A stretch of DNA of 40,505 nt. Source: an uncultured Vicinamibacterales bacterium. Lineage in GTDB: Bacteria; Acidobacteriota; Vicinamibacteria; Vicinamibacterales; JAKQTR01. Position 1 is the stretch's first letter; each line of letters starts with the position of its first letter. The stretch lies in contig CAYHRK010000004.1 of NCBI GenBank assembly GCA_964358795.1, forward strand, positions 1 through 40,505, given 5' to 3'. Below the pieces are notes generated by a model. The model searched no databases, had not been told where the DNA came from, and saw only the letters and a list, made by a program, of their open reading frames with translations. Both the position numbers and the translations under genes were made by a program. Shown here piece by piece: positions 1 to 7,408 of the stretch.

Positions 1-2162
1 TCGAGGACATCTACGAGCTCACCTATATTCGCAAGGATGGCAGCCGCTTCCCGGCGGTCGTCTCGGTCACCGCGCTGCGCGACGCGCAGGACGTCATCAT
101 CGGCTATCTGCTGATCGGCACCGACAACACCGCGCGCAAGCAGGCCGAAGAGGAGCGGATGAAGCTCGACCAGCGGCTACGCGACCAGCACTTCTACACG
201 CGCTCGCTCATCGAATCCAACATCGACGCCCTGATGACCACCGATCCGCGCGGCATCATCACCGACGTCAACAAGCAGACGGAGGCGCTGACCGGGTGCA
301 CGCGTGACGAGCTGATCGGGGCGCCGTTCAAGAACTACTTCACCGATTCGGTCCGGGCTCAAGCGTCCATCGACCGCGTGCTGAACGAAGGCAGAGTCAC
401 CAACTACGAGCTCACCGCGCGCGCCAGGGATGGGAAGGAAACGGTGGTGTCCTACAACGCGACCACCTTCCACGACCGTGACCGGCGCCTGCAAGGCGTG
501 GTCGCGGCGGCGCGCGACGTGACGGAGCTGAAACGCTTCGAGCAAGCCTTGCAACAGAAGAACGTCGAGCTGGAAGACGCGAGCCGATTGAAGTCCGAAT
601 TCCTCGCCAACATGTCCCACGAACTGAGGACGCCGCTCAATGCCATCATCGGCTTCTCCGAGGTGCTCAGGGACGGCCTGATGGGCGAGCTGACCGATCA
701 ACAGCGAGGATTCATCGGCGACATCTTCAACAGCGGCACGCATCTGCTCTCCCTGATCAACGACATCCTCGACCTGTCCAAGGTGGAAGCCGGCAAGATG
801 ACGCTCGATCTGGAGCCGGTGCAACTGTCTTCGTTGTTCGTGAACAGCCTGTCCATCATCAGGGAGAAGGCCGCGATCCGCCACATCCGCCTGGCCATGG
901 ATGCCGGCGAGGAACTGGGCTCGGTTCAGGCGGACGCGCGCAAGGTCAAGCAGATCGTCTACAACCAGCTCTCCAATGCGGTCAAGTTCACCACCGAGGG
1001 CGGCCAGGTGACCCTGCGGGCCGGCCTCGTCCCGCGCGCCGAAGTCGGCCGGCTGTCCGGCTTCTGGACGGGCCGGAGCTTCCCGTTGGCCGACAGCGCG
1101 TTCACGGACTTCCTCGAGATCAGCGTCACCGATAGCGGGATCGGCATCTCGCCGGAGGGGCTGGAGCGCCTGTTCAGGCCTTTCAGTCAGATCGACAGCG
1201 GCCTGGCGCGGAAATTCGAGGGCACCGGACTGGGTTTGGCCATGGTGAAACTCCTCGCCGAGTTGCACGGCGGCACCCTGGCGGTGAAGAGTGCCGTGAG
1301 CGAGGGCTCCTGCTTCACGGTCTGGCTGCCGCTCAGGCCGTTGCAGCCAGCGGCGCTCACGCCGGCCAAGGCGCCGGCCGACCCCCGTCTCGAGGCGCTG
1401 GCGGGGGCGCGCACCGCGCTGGTGGTAGAAGACGACTTCAAATCCGCCGAACTGATCCGCGTGCAGCTCGAGGCGGAGGGTTTCAAGGTGCTGCACGCCG
1501 CCTCCGCGGAGGCCGCGCTGGTGCTCGCGGTGCAGCAGCCGTTTTCGCTGATCACCCTGGACATCATGCTGCCCAACATGGACGGCTGGGAGTTCTTTAG
1601 TCGTCTCAAGCAGCTGCCGGGCCTGCGGCGCACCCCGGTCGTGATCATCTCGATGGTGGCGGATCCCAATAAGGGCTTCTCGCTCGGCGCGGCGGCGGTC
1701 CTCTATAAGCCGATCTCCCGGCACGAGTTGTACGAGGCGCTCGTCGATCTTGGCCTGTTTCCTTTCTCGCAGAGCCGGAATCTCACAGTCCTCGTGGTTG
1801 ATGACGATCCCAAGGCGGTGGAGCTGATCGCCGTCCGCATCATGGGCTTGGCCGGTACCGTGCTGCGGGCGTACGGAGGCCGCGAGGCGATCGATGTCGC
1901 GCGGCAGGAGCTGCCGGACGTGATCGTGCTCGATCTGATAATGCCGGAGGTGAACGGCTTCGACGTCGTGGCGGCGCTCAGCGAACATCCCGACACGGCT
2001 CGCATCCCGATCCTGGTGGTCACCGCCAAGGAGATCACCGCCGAGGACCGCGCGAAACTGCATGGCTATGTGACCAGGATCATGGACAAGGCCGGGCTCG
2101 ACTCCGCCCGCTTCATGGCCGAAGTCCGGCGGGCCATGTCGGGGCGACACGTGGTCGCCTGA
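1..2162 (+). CDS. Hybrid sensor histidine kinase, 5' partial (PAS-PAS-HisKA-HATPase_c-REC-REC)
   Basis: The frame is open from nt 3 (EDIYELTYIRKDGSRF is PAS-like), so the gene enters from the left edge. H-box SHELRTPLNAI, N-box NAVKFT, G-boxes DSGIGI and GTGLGLAMV. Two receiver domains follow (VVEDDF..LDIMLPNMDG and VVDDDP..LDLIMPEVNG). TGA at 2160-2162; the next gene starts 1 nt later. Confidence 0.9.
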   Translation, partial: EDIYELTYIRKDGSRFPAVVSVTALRDAQDVIIGYLLIGTDNTARKQAEEERMKLDQRLRDQHFYTRSLIESNIDALMTTDPRGIITDVNKQTEALTGCTRDELIGAPFKNYFTDSVRAQASIDRVLNEGRVTNYELTARARDGKETVVSYNATTFHDRDRRLQGVVAAARDVTELKRFEQALQQKNVELEDASRLKSEFLANMSHELRTPLNAIIGFSEVLRDGLMGELTDQQRGFIGDIFNSGTHLLSLINDILDLSKVEAGKMTLDLEPVQLSSLFVNSLSIIREKAAIRHIRLAMDAGEELGSVQADARKVKQIVYNQLSNAVKFTTEGGQVTLRAGLVPRAEVGRLSGFWTGRSFPLADSAFTDFLEISVTDSGIGISPEGLERLFRPFSQIDSGLARKFEGTGLGLAMVKLLAELHGGTLAVKSAVSEGSCFTVWLPLRPLQPAALTPAKAPADPRLEALAGARTALVVEDDFKSAELIRVQLEAEGFKVLHAASAEAALVLAVQQPFSLITLDIMLPNMDGWEFFSRLKQLPGLRRTPVVIISMVADPNKGFSLGAAAVLYKPISRHELYEALVDLGLFPFSQSRNLTVLVVDDDPKAVELIAVRIMGLAGTVLRAYGGREAIDVARQELPDVIVLDLIMPEVNGFDVVAALSEHPDTARIPILVVTAKEITAEDRAKLHGYVTRIMDKAGLDSARFMAEVRRAMSGRHVVA

Positions 2163-2163
2163 C

Positions 2164-2490
2164 ATGGCAAAAGTCCTGATCGTCGAGGACAACCCCACCA
2201 ACATGACGTTGGCGGTATTTCTGCTGCAGTCGGCGGGCCATACCGTGCTCAGCGCTACGGATGCAGAGGCCGGGCTGACGTTGGCCCGCAACGAACGTCC
2301 GAACCTGATCTTGATGGATCTCCAGCTTCCCGGCATGGACGGCCTCGAAGCCATTGCGCTGCTCAAGCGGGACGACGCGACGCGCGCCATTCCGGTCATC
2401 GCCCTCACCGCCCTGGCGATGAAGGGTGACGAGGAGCGCATTCGAGCGGCAGGGTGTGATGGCTACATCGCCAAGCCGATGCGCTATTAG
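2164..2490 (+). CDS. Single-domain CheY-like response regulator, ending at a TAG inside the expected last helix
   Basis: Receiver motifs are present: VLIVEDNPTN, LILMDLQLPGMDG, IALTALA, GYIAKP. The ORF stops at TAG 2488-2490. The same frame then continues for 13 receiver-like codons to TGA 2530-2532 (see findings). Confidence 0.85.
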   Translation: MAKVLIVEDNPTNMTLAVFLLQSAGHTVLSATDAEAGLTLARNERPNLILMDLQLPGMDGLEAIALLKRDDATRAIPVIALTALAMKGDEERIRAAGCDGYIAKPMRY

Positions 2491-2528
2491 GAATTTCTGG
2501 CGACCATCGCGGCTCAGCTGGACCGAAC

Positions 2529-4511
2529 ATGAACCCGAGCCCCGACACCGCTGACCACCCGGCACGCATTCTGATCGTGGACGATGAACGCCACAACAGA
2601 CGGTTGCTGGAAGTCATGCTCACGCCGGGAGGCTTTCTCCTCCTGACCGCTGCCAGCGGCGAGGAAGCGCTTGCCATCGTGGCGCAGCAACCCCCCGACA
2701 TCATCCTGCTCGACGTCATGATGCCAGGTATGGACGGTTACCAGGTCGCGAGCAGAATCAAGGGCAACCTCGCCACCAAGAACATTCCCATCATCATGGT
2801 CACCGCCCTGGACGATCGCAACGCCAGGATGCTCGGGCTGAGCGCCGGAGCCGAGGACTTTGTCACCAAACCTGTGGATCGTGCCGAACTGGGTGTACGG
2901 GTGAGGAACCTGTTGCGCCTCAAGGCATACGGCGACTATTACGACAAGTACAGTCATAGGCTTGAAGGCGAGGTGGGTTCTCGCACGGCCGACCTGGTCG
3001 AGAGCGAGCGTCTCTACCGATCGACATTCGACGCGGCTCCAGTGGGGATCGTGCACGTGGGCCTGGACGGGCAATGGTTGCGGGTCAACCAGCGCCTCTG
3101 CGAACTCCTGGGATACTCGCGTGAGGAGCTGCAGAGTAGTGCCGTTCAGGAGCTCTTGCAGTCGGAGGAAGTGGCTGGTGAAGCCGAGTCCTTCCGCCAG
3201 ATGGCTGGGGGAACGCTGGACCGTCACGTGGTCGATGAGAAGCGATATCGACGGCGGGACGGCAGCGTCGTGTGGGCCAGGGTCAACATCTCCGTCCATC
3301 GCGATGCGAACGGCCACTCGCAGCATTTCATCTCGGTCATCGAGGACATCACCCAACGGAGGACGCTCGAAGCCCAGGTCCGGCAGGCGGGCAAAATGGA
3401 CGCGATCGGGCGACTGGCTTCAGGCGTCGCCCACGATTTCAACAATGTGCTAACGGTGATTCTGGGGTTCTGCGATCTGTTGCTGGCTGATTTCGATCCG
3501 GCCGATCCGCGCCAGGCAGACATTTCAGAGATTCAGAAGGCGGGCGCGAGTGCCGCCGGGCTGACGCGCCAGTTGCTGGCCTTCAGCCGCAAGGAGATCA
3601 TCGAGCCGATGCTGCTCGACCTGAACGTGGTCGTGGCCGACATGCGGGCGATGCTCGGACGCCTCATCAGGGAGGACGTGAAAGTCGTGCTGGGCCTCGG
3701 GCCCGGGCTGGCGCCCGTGAAAGCCGATCGCGGGCAGATGGAGCAGATCGTGTTGAACCTCGCTGTGAACGCGCACGATGCCATGCCGGGAGGCGGCACG
3801 TTGACGATCGAGACCGCCAACGTCGAACTCGACGAGCACCACCCGAAGACGGACTTCGCTGTGGAACCGGGCCCCTACGTGATGCTGACGGTGACCGATA
3901 CGGGAGCCGGCATGTCGCCGCAGGTGCTGGCTCGCCTGTTCGAGCCGTTCTTCACCACCAAGGCGCTCGACAAAGGCACGGGGCTCGGCTTGGCGACGGT
4001 CCATGGCATCGTCATGCGGAGCGGTGGGAGCGTCACCGTCGACAGCGAAGTCGGCAGGGGCACGTCGTTCAAGGTGTATTTCCCAAGGGCGGATGCCGCG
4101 GGAGTGGTCGTCTCCGCGCCGCCGCCGGTTGCCCGGCCGCGTGCCGAGGCGCAGACGGTGCTCGTGGTCGAGGATGCGGAAGGGCTTCGCGAGTTGGCCA
4201 GGAGACTGCTGCAGCGGCAGGGCTACACGGTGCTGGTCGCCGCAAACGCTGATGACGCGCTTCGGCTGATCGAGCGACACGCATCCATCGACGTGCTCCT
4301 GACCGATGTCGTGATGCCGGGTGCCAGCGGACCGGAGTTGACCCGGCAGCTAATCGAGCGACAGCCGGGACTGAAGGTGATCTACATGTCGGGGTATTCG
4401 GAGGACACCATCGTGCAGCATGGGGTCCTCAATCCTGGGATCGCGTTCCTGCACAAGCCGTTCACCTCTGAAACACTCGGACGGAAAATCCGTGAGGTGC
4501 TCGACCGGTAG
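2529..4511 (+). CDS. Hybrid histidine kinase (REC-PAS-HisKA-HATPase_c-REC)
   Basis: N-terminal receiver (ILIVDDERHN..LLDVMMPGMDG). PAS (YRSTFDAAPVGIVHVGLDGQWLRVNQ). H-box GVAHDFNNVLTVI, N-box NLAVNAHDAM, G-boxes DTGAGM and GTGLGLATV. C-terminal receiver (VLVVEDAEG..LLTDVVMPGASG). Confidence 0.9.
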   Translation: MNPSPDTADHPARILIVDDERHNRRLLEVMLTPGGFLLLTAASGEEALAIVAQQPPDIILLDVMMPGMDGYQVASRIKGNLATKNIPIIMVTALDDRNARMLGLSAGAEDFVTKPVDRAELGVRVRNLLRLKAYGDYYDKYSHRLEGEVGSRTADLVESERLYRSTFDAAPVGIVHVGLDGQWLRVNQRLCELLGYSREELQSSAVQELLQSEEVAGEAESFRQMAGGTLDRHVVDEKRYRRRDGSVVWARVNISVHRDANGHSQHFISVIEDITQRRTLEAQVRQAGKMDAIGRLASGVAHDFNNVLTVILGFCDLLLADFDPADPRQADISEIQKAGASAAGLTRQLLAFSRKEIIEPMLLDLNVVVADMRAMLGRLIREDVKVVLGLGPGLAPVKADRGQMEQIVLNLAVNAHDAMPGGGTLTIETANVELDEHHPKTDFAVEPGPYVMLTVTDTGAGMSPQVLARLFEPFFTTKALDKGTGLGLATVHGIVMRSGGSVTVDSEVGRGTSFKVYFPRADAAGVVVSAPPPVARPRAEAQTVLVVEDAEGLRELARRLLQRQGYTVLVAANADDALRLIERHASIDVLLTDVVMPGASGPELTRQLIERQPGLKVIYMSGYSEDTIVQHGVLNPGIAFLHKPFTSETLGRKIREVLDR

Positions 4512-4555
4512 GTCTCCGGGTCCGAGCGACGGCTCCGGGAGAGGCACCGCCATCC

Positions 4556-4613
4556 CGTCATTCCCGCGAAGGCGGGAATCCAGGACTGGACCCCCGCTTC
4601 CGCGGGGGTGACG
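4556..4613. repeat. REP-like structured element (outer stem enclosing three hairpins)
   Basis: Outer stem cgtca (4556-4560) / tgacg (4609-4613). It encloses attcccgc-gaag-gcgggaat (4560-4579), tcca-ggac-tgga, and cccccgc-ttcc-gcggggg (4591-4608). It lies between convergent genes. Confidence 0.5.
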
Positions 4614-4663
4614 ACAAACTTGCCTCACCCGTCGCAGTGGCGCGCCAAGAAGGTGCCTCGCCG

Positions 4664-5860
4664 CTAGTTCGCTATATGTTCCATCGCCTGCGCCAAGTCG
4701 GCGATCAGATCGTCAACGTCCTCGATCCCCACCGAGTAGCGCACCAGGCCGTCGGTAATGCCGGCCTCGAGCCGGTGCTCCTTCGTTACGCCGGCGTGGG
4801 TCATCGAGGCCGGGTGCTCGATGAGCGATTCGACACCGCCCAGCGACACGGCCAGCGTGGCCAGTTTCACGTGATCCATCACCGTGCGTCCGGCGTCGAT
4901 CCCGCCCTTCAACCCGAAGCTGATCATCGCGCCGAAGCCCGTCATCTGGCGCCTCGCCAGGTCGTGCTGCGGATGCGACTCCAGGCCGACGTAGCGCACC
5001 CACTCGACTTTCGGATGGGCCTCGAGCCAGCGCGCGATCGTCATCGCGTTCACCTGCGCCCGTTCCATCCGGACGCCCAGCGTCTTGATCCCGCGCAGCA
5101 CCAGGTACGCCTGATGCGGGTCCATGTTGCAGCCAAGCGCGACCATCATCGCTTTGAGCGACTTGTGCACCGTCGGGTCCTTCGCCACGATGATGCCGCC
5201 CACCACGTCGGCGTGGCCGTTCAGGAACTTGGTGACCGAGTGAAGAACGATGTCGGCGCCGAAATCCAGGGGCTTCTGCAGATAGGGACTGGCGAAGGTA
5301 TTGTCCACCACCAGCATCGCTCCATGGGCATGGGCAATCTCGGCGGCTCCGGCCAGATCGGTCACCTGCATGGCCGGGTTGGACGGGCTTTCCACGTACA
5401 CCATCTTTGTGCCCGGCCGCATGGCCCTGCGGATGTTGTCGAGGTTTGCGGAATCCACGTAGGTGGAGTCCACGCCAAACCGGGAGAAGTGTTTCTCGAT
5501 GAGCACCCGCGACGGCCCGTACACCCCGGCCGTTCCGACCACGTGCGCGCCTTGGCCGAGCAGCGCCATGTAGACCGACGACACGGCGCCCATCCCCGAT
5601 GCCGTAGCCACGCCACCCGCGCCGTTCTCGAGTTGGGCCACACACCGCTCGAGTGCGTTGATCGTGGGATTGCCCAGCCGTGTGTAGATGTAGCCCTCGG
5701 CCGCGCCCGCAAAGCGGTCCGCGCCGTTTTGTGCGCTGTCAAACGCGAAGGTCGAGGTCTGGTAGATGGGAACGGTGGCGCTTCCAAACGCGTCTTTGTG
5801 GGCGCCGGCGTGAATCAACTGGCTGTCGATGGCGAGGCGTGTCGTATCGGATTGGGACAT
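4664..5860 (-). CDS. Cys/Met-metabolism PLP-dependent enzyme, methionine gamma-lyase / cystathionine gamma-synthase family
   Basis: 398 aa when started at the ATG at 5858-5860, which has GAGGG 8 nt upstream. The track ORF extends further, to 6061, with implausible N-terminal sequence. PLP-lysine motif HSVTKFLNGHADVVGG. N-terminus IHAGAHKDAFGSATVPIYQTSTFAF is typical of the family. Confidence 0.85.
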   Translation of the reverse strand: MSQSDTTRLAIDSQLIHAGAHKDAFGSATVPIYQTSTFAFDSAQNGADRFAGAAEGYIYTRLGNPTINALERCVAQLENGAGGVATASGMGAVSSVYMALLGQGAHVVGTAGVYGPSRVLIEKHFSRFGVDSTYVDSANLDNIRRAMRPGTKMVYVESPSNPAMQVTDLAGAAEIAHAHGAMLVVDNTFASPYLQKPLDFGADIVLHSVTKFLNGHADVVGGIIVAKDPTVHKSLKAMMVALGCNMDPHQAYLVLRGIKTLGVRMERAQVNAMTIARWLEAHPKVEWVRYVGLESHPQHDLARRQMTGFGAMISFGLKGGIDAGRTVMDHVKLATLAVSLGGVESLIEHPASMTHAGVTKEHRLEAGITDGLVRYSVGIEDVDDLIADLAQAMEHIAN

Positions 5861-5936
5861 GTGAACCCTCAGGAGGCGCCGCGCAAGGGGGGTGGCCGGG
5901 CCGCAGCGTTCTAGCATATCCTCGGCGCCGGGGATC

Positions 5937-5965
5937 GCGAAATCGCAGCGAAATCGCAGCGAACG
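5937..5965. repeat. 11-bp direct tandem repeat in a divergent intergenic region
   Basis: The unit gcgaaatcgca occurs twice in tandem (5937-5947, 5948-5958), followed by a partial third copy gcgaacgcc. It sits between the divergent gamma-lyase and AEC transporter genes. Confidence 0.6.
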
Positions 5966-6063
5966 CCGGGTGTTTCCTTCCTCGACACGGGATCGGTGAG
6001 GTGCGCCCTGTAGAATAGGACGTGGCCGGCCATTGAGGTGCCGCTCGTCGTTCGAGGCCACGA

Positions 6064-6981
6064 ATGTCCCTGTTGCTGAGCATTCTCGCCCAAGACATCT
6101 TGCCCATCTTCGTGGTGGCGGCCGTGGGGTTCGTCTTGGCGCGAACGCTGCGCGTGGACGTCCGGTCGCTGTCCCGGGTCACCTTCAACGCGCTGGCGCC
6201 GTGCCTGGTGTTCAACCTGCTGGTGACCAGCCGGCTCAGCTCGGACGAGTTCGGCCGAATCGTGCTGTTCACGCTGGCGTTTGTGACGACGATCGGTCTG
6301 GTCGCGCGAGTGGTGGCCATCCCGTTCCGGTTGGATCGACCATTGCTGGCCGCGTTTCTGATCGTGGTGATGTTCTCGAATGCAGGCAACTACGGTTTGT
6401 CTGTGATCCTGTTTGCCTTTGGCCGGGAAGTGCTGGCCCGGGCTGCGGTGTACTTCGTCACCAGCGCGCTCCTGATGTACACGCTCGGGATCCTGGTGGC
6501 ATCCACCGGCCGGCGCAGCCTCGCGCTGGCGGCGCGAGGCTTACTGAAAGTGCCAGCCGTGTGGGGCGTCGTCGCCGCTGGTCTGGTGATCGGCAGCGGA
6601 ATGACGCTGCCGCCCGGCGTGCTGCGCCCGGTCGAAGTGTTGAGCGGCGCCGCGATTCCCACCATGCTGCTCGTGCTCGGCATGCAGATCGAACGTGGCT
6701 CCTGGCCCGAACGGCCAGGCCTGGTCGCGGCAGCTTCCGTCCTGGCGCTGGGTGTGGCGCCGGTGCTGGGATGGCTGATCGCCGGGGCGCTAGGCATTGA
6801 GGGCATCGCCCGCCAGGCTGTGATTGTGGAATCGGCAATGCCAAGCGCCGTGATCACCACGATCCTGGCGCTCGAATTCGACGTGGCGCCCTCGTTCGTG
6901 ACCTCAGTCGTCGTGGTAACCACGCTGCTGAGTCCCTTCACGGTGGCGGCACTGATCGCCTTGCTGAAGTCCGGCCTGTAG
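6064..6981 (+). CDS. AEC (auxin efflux carrier) family membrane transporter
   Basis: 305 aa and hydrophobic throughout, roughly 10 TM segments. The N-terminus LSILAQDILPIFVVAAVGFVLAR is typical of the AEC / membrane transport protein family. GAGG lies 7 nt before the ATG. Confidence 0.75.
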   Translation: MSLLLSILAQDILPIFVVAAVGFVLARTLRVDVRSLSRVTFNALAPCLVFNLLVTSRLSSDEFGRIVLFTLAFVTTIGLVARVVAIPFRLDRPLLAAFLIVVMFSNAGNYGLSVILFAFGREVLARAAVYFVTSALLMYTLGILVASTGRRSLALAARGLLKVPAVWGVVAAGLVIGSGMTLPPGVLRPVEVLSGAAIPTMLLVLGMQIERGSWPERPGLVAAASVLALGVAPVLGWLIAGALGIEGIARQAVIVESAMPSAVITTILALEFDVAPSFVTSVVVVTTLLSPFTVAALIALLKSGL

Positions 6982-7089
6982 GGTCCTATCTCCGCCTCGA
7001 ACTCCCAGGGATTCCTCGAGGACCCGGTAGACTGCCCGTTTGTAGGTTTGAACGGTCGTTTTGACACCCTGAATGGGCTGAGAAACCGC

Positions 7090-7117
7090 TTGACAAGCAC
7101 GAAACCGCGGCGATAAT
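7090..7117 (+). promoter_or_regulatory. Sigma70-like promoter (TTGACA-16 nt-GATAAT)
   Basis: Perfect -35 TTGACA at 7090-7095, a 16-nt spacer, then GATAAT at 7112-7117. It lies about 290 nt upstream of the TonB-dependent receptor start, in a stretch of locally lower GC. Confidence 0.45.
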
Positions 7118-7408
7118 GTGCGCCTGGGGCAATGCTACTGCGCACCTGAGGCTCGCGGCTGGCGTTGCTGTGTCCGATAGCGGGCGTTCTGTGACTTGGC
7201 CGCTACCGGTCGCGGCGCATCACGGTTCTAGTCCCAGTACAAGCGTGATCGAAGCAAGTTCATAAGAGCACTCTCAGGCCGTCACGCGGCCCGATTCCAT
7301 TTCTGTAACTTCGCCCGCCCCATCGGTCGTAGTTACGTGGAAGAGACGCTTGTCGCCTCCATCAACCGGGAGAGGGGGTAGGCCCCTAGACCATCTCACG
7401 AGGAATAT

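Noticed and set aside
7055-7135. Partial resemblance to a TPP (THI-box) riboswitch upstream of the TonB receptor: gggctgagaaacc ... ggcgataatgtgcgcctgggg, compared with GGCUGAGA ... CUGGAUAAUGCCAGCGUAGGGA.
   Set aside because: The conserved ACCUGAUC junction is missing. I could not build P1/P2 pairing. The strong -35/-10 hexamers lie inside the segment, so most of it would not be transcribed. An Infernal scan would settle this.
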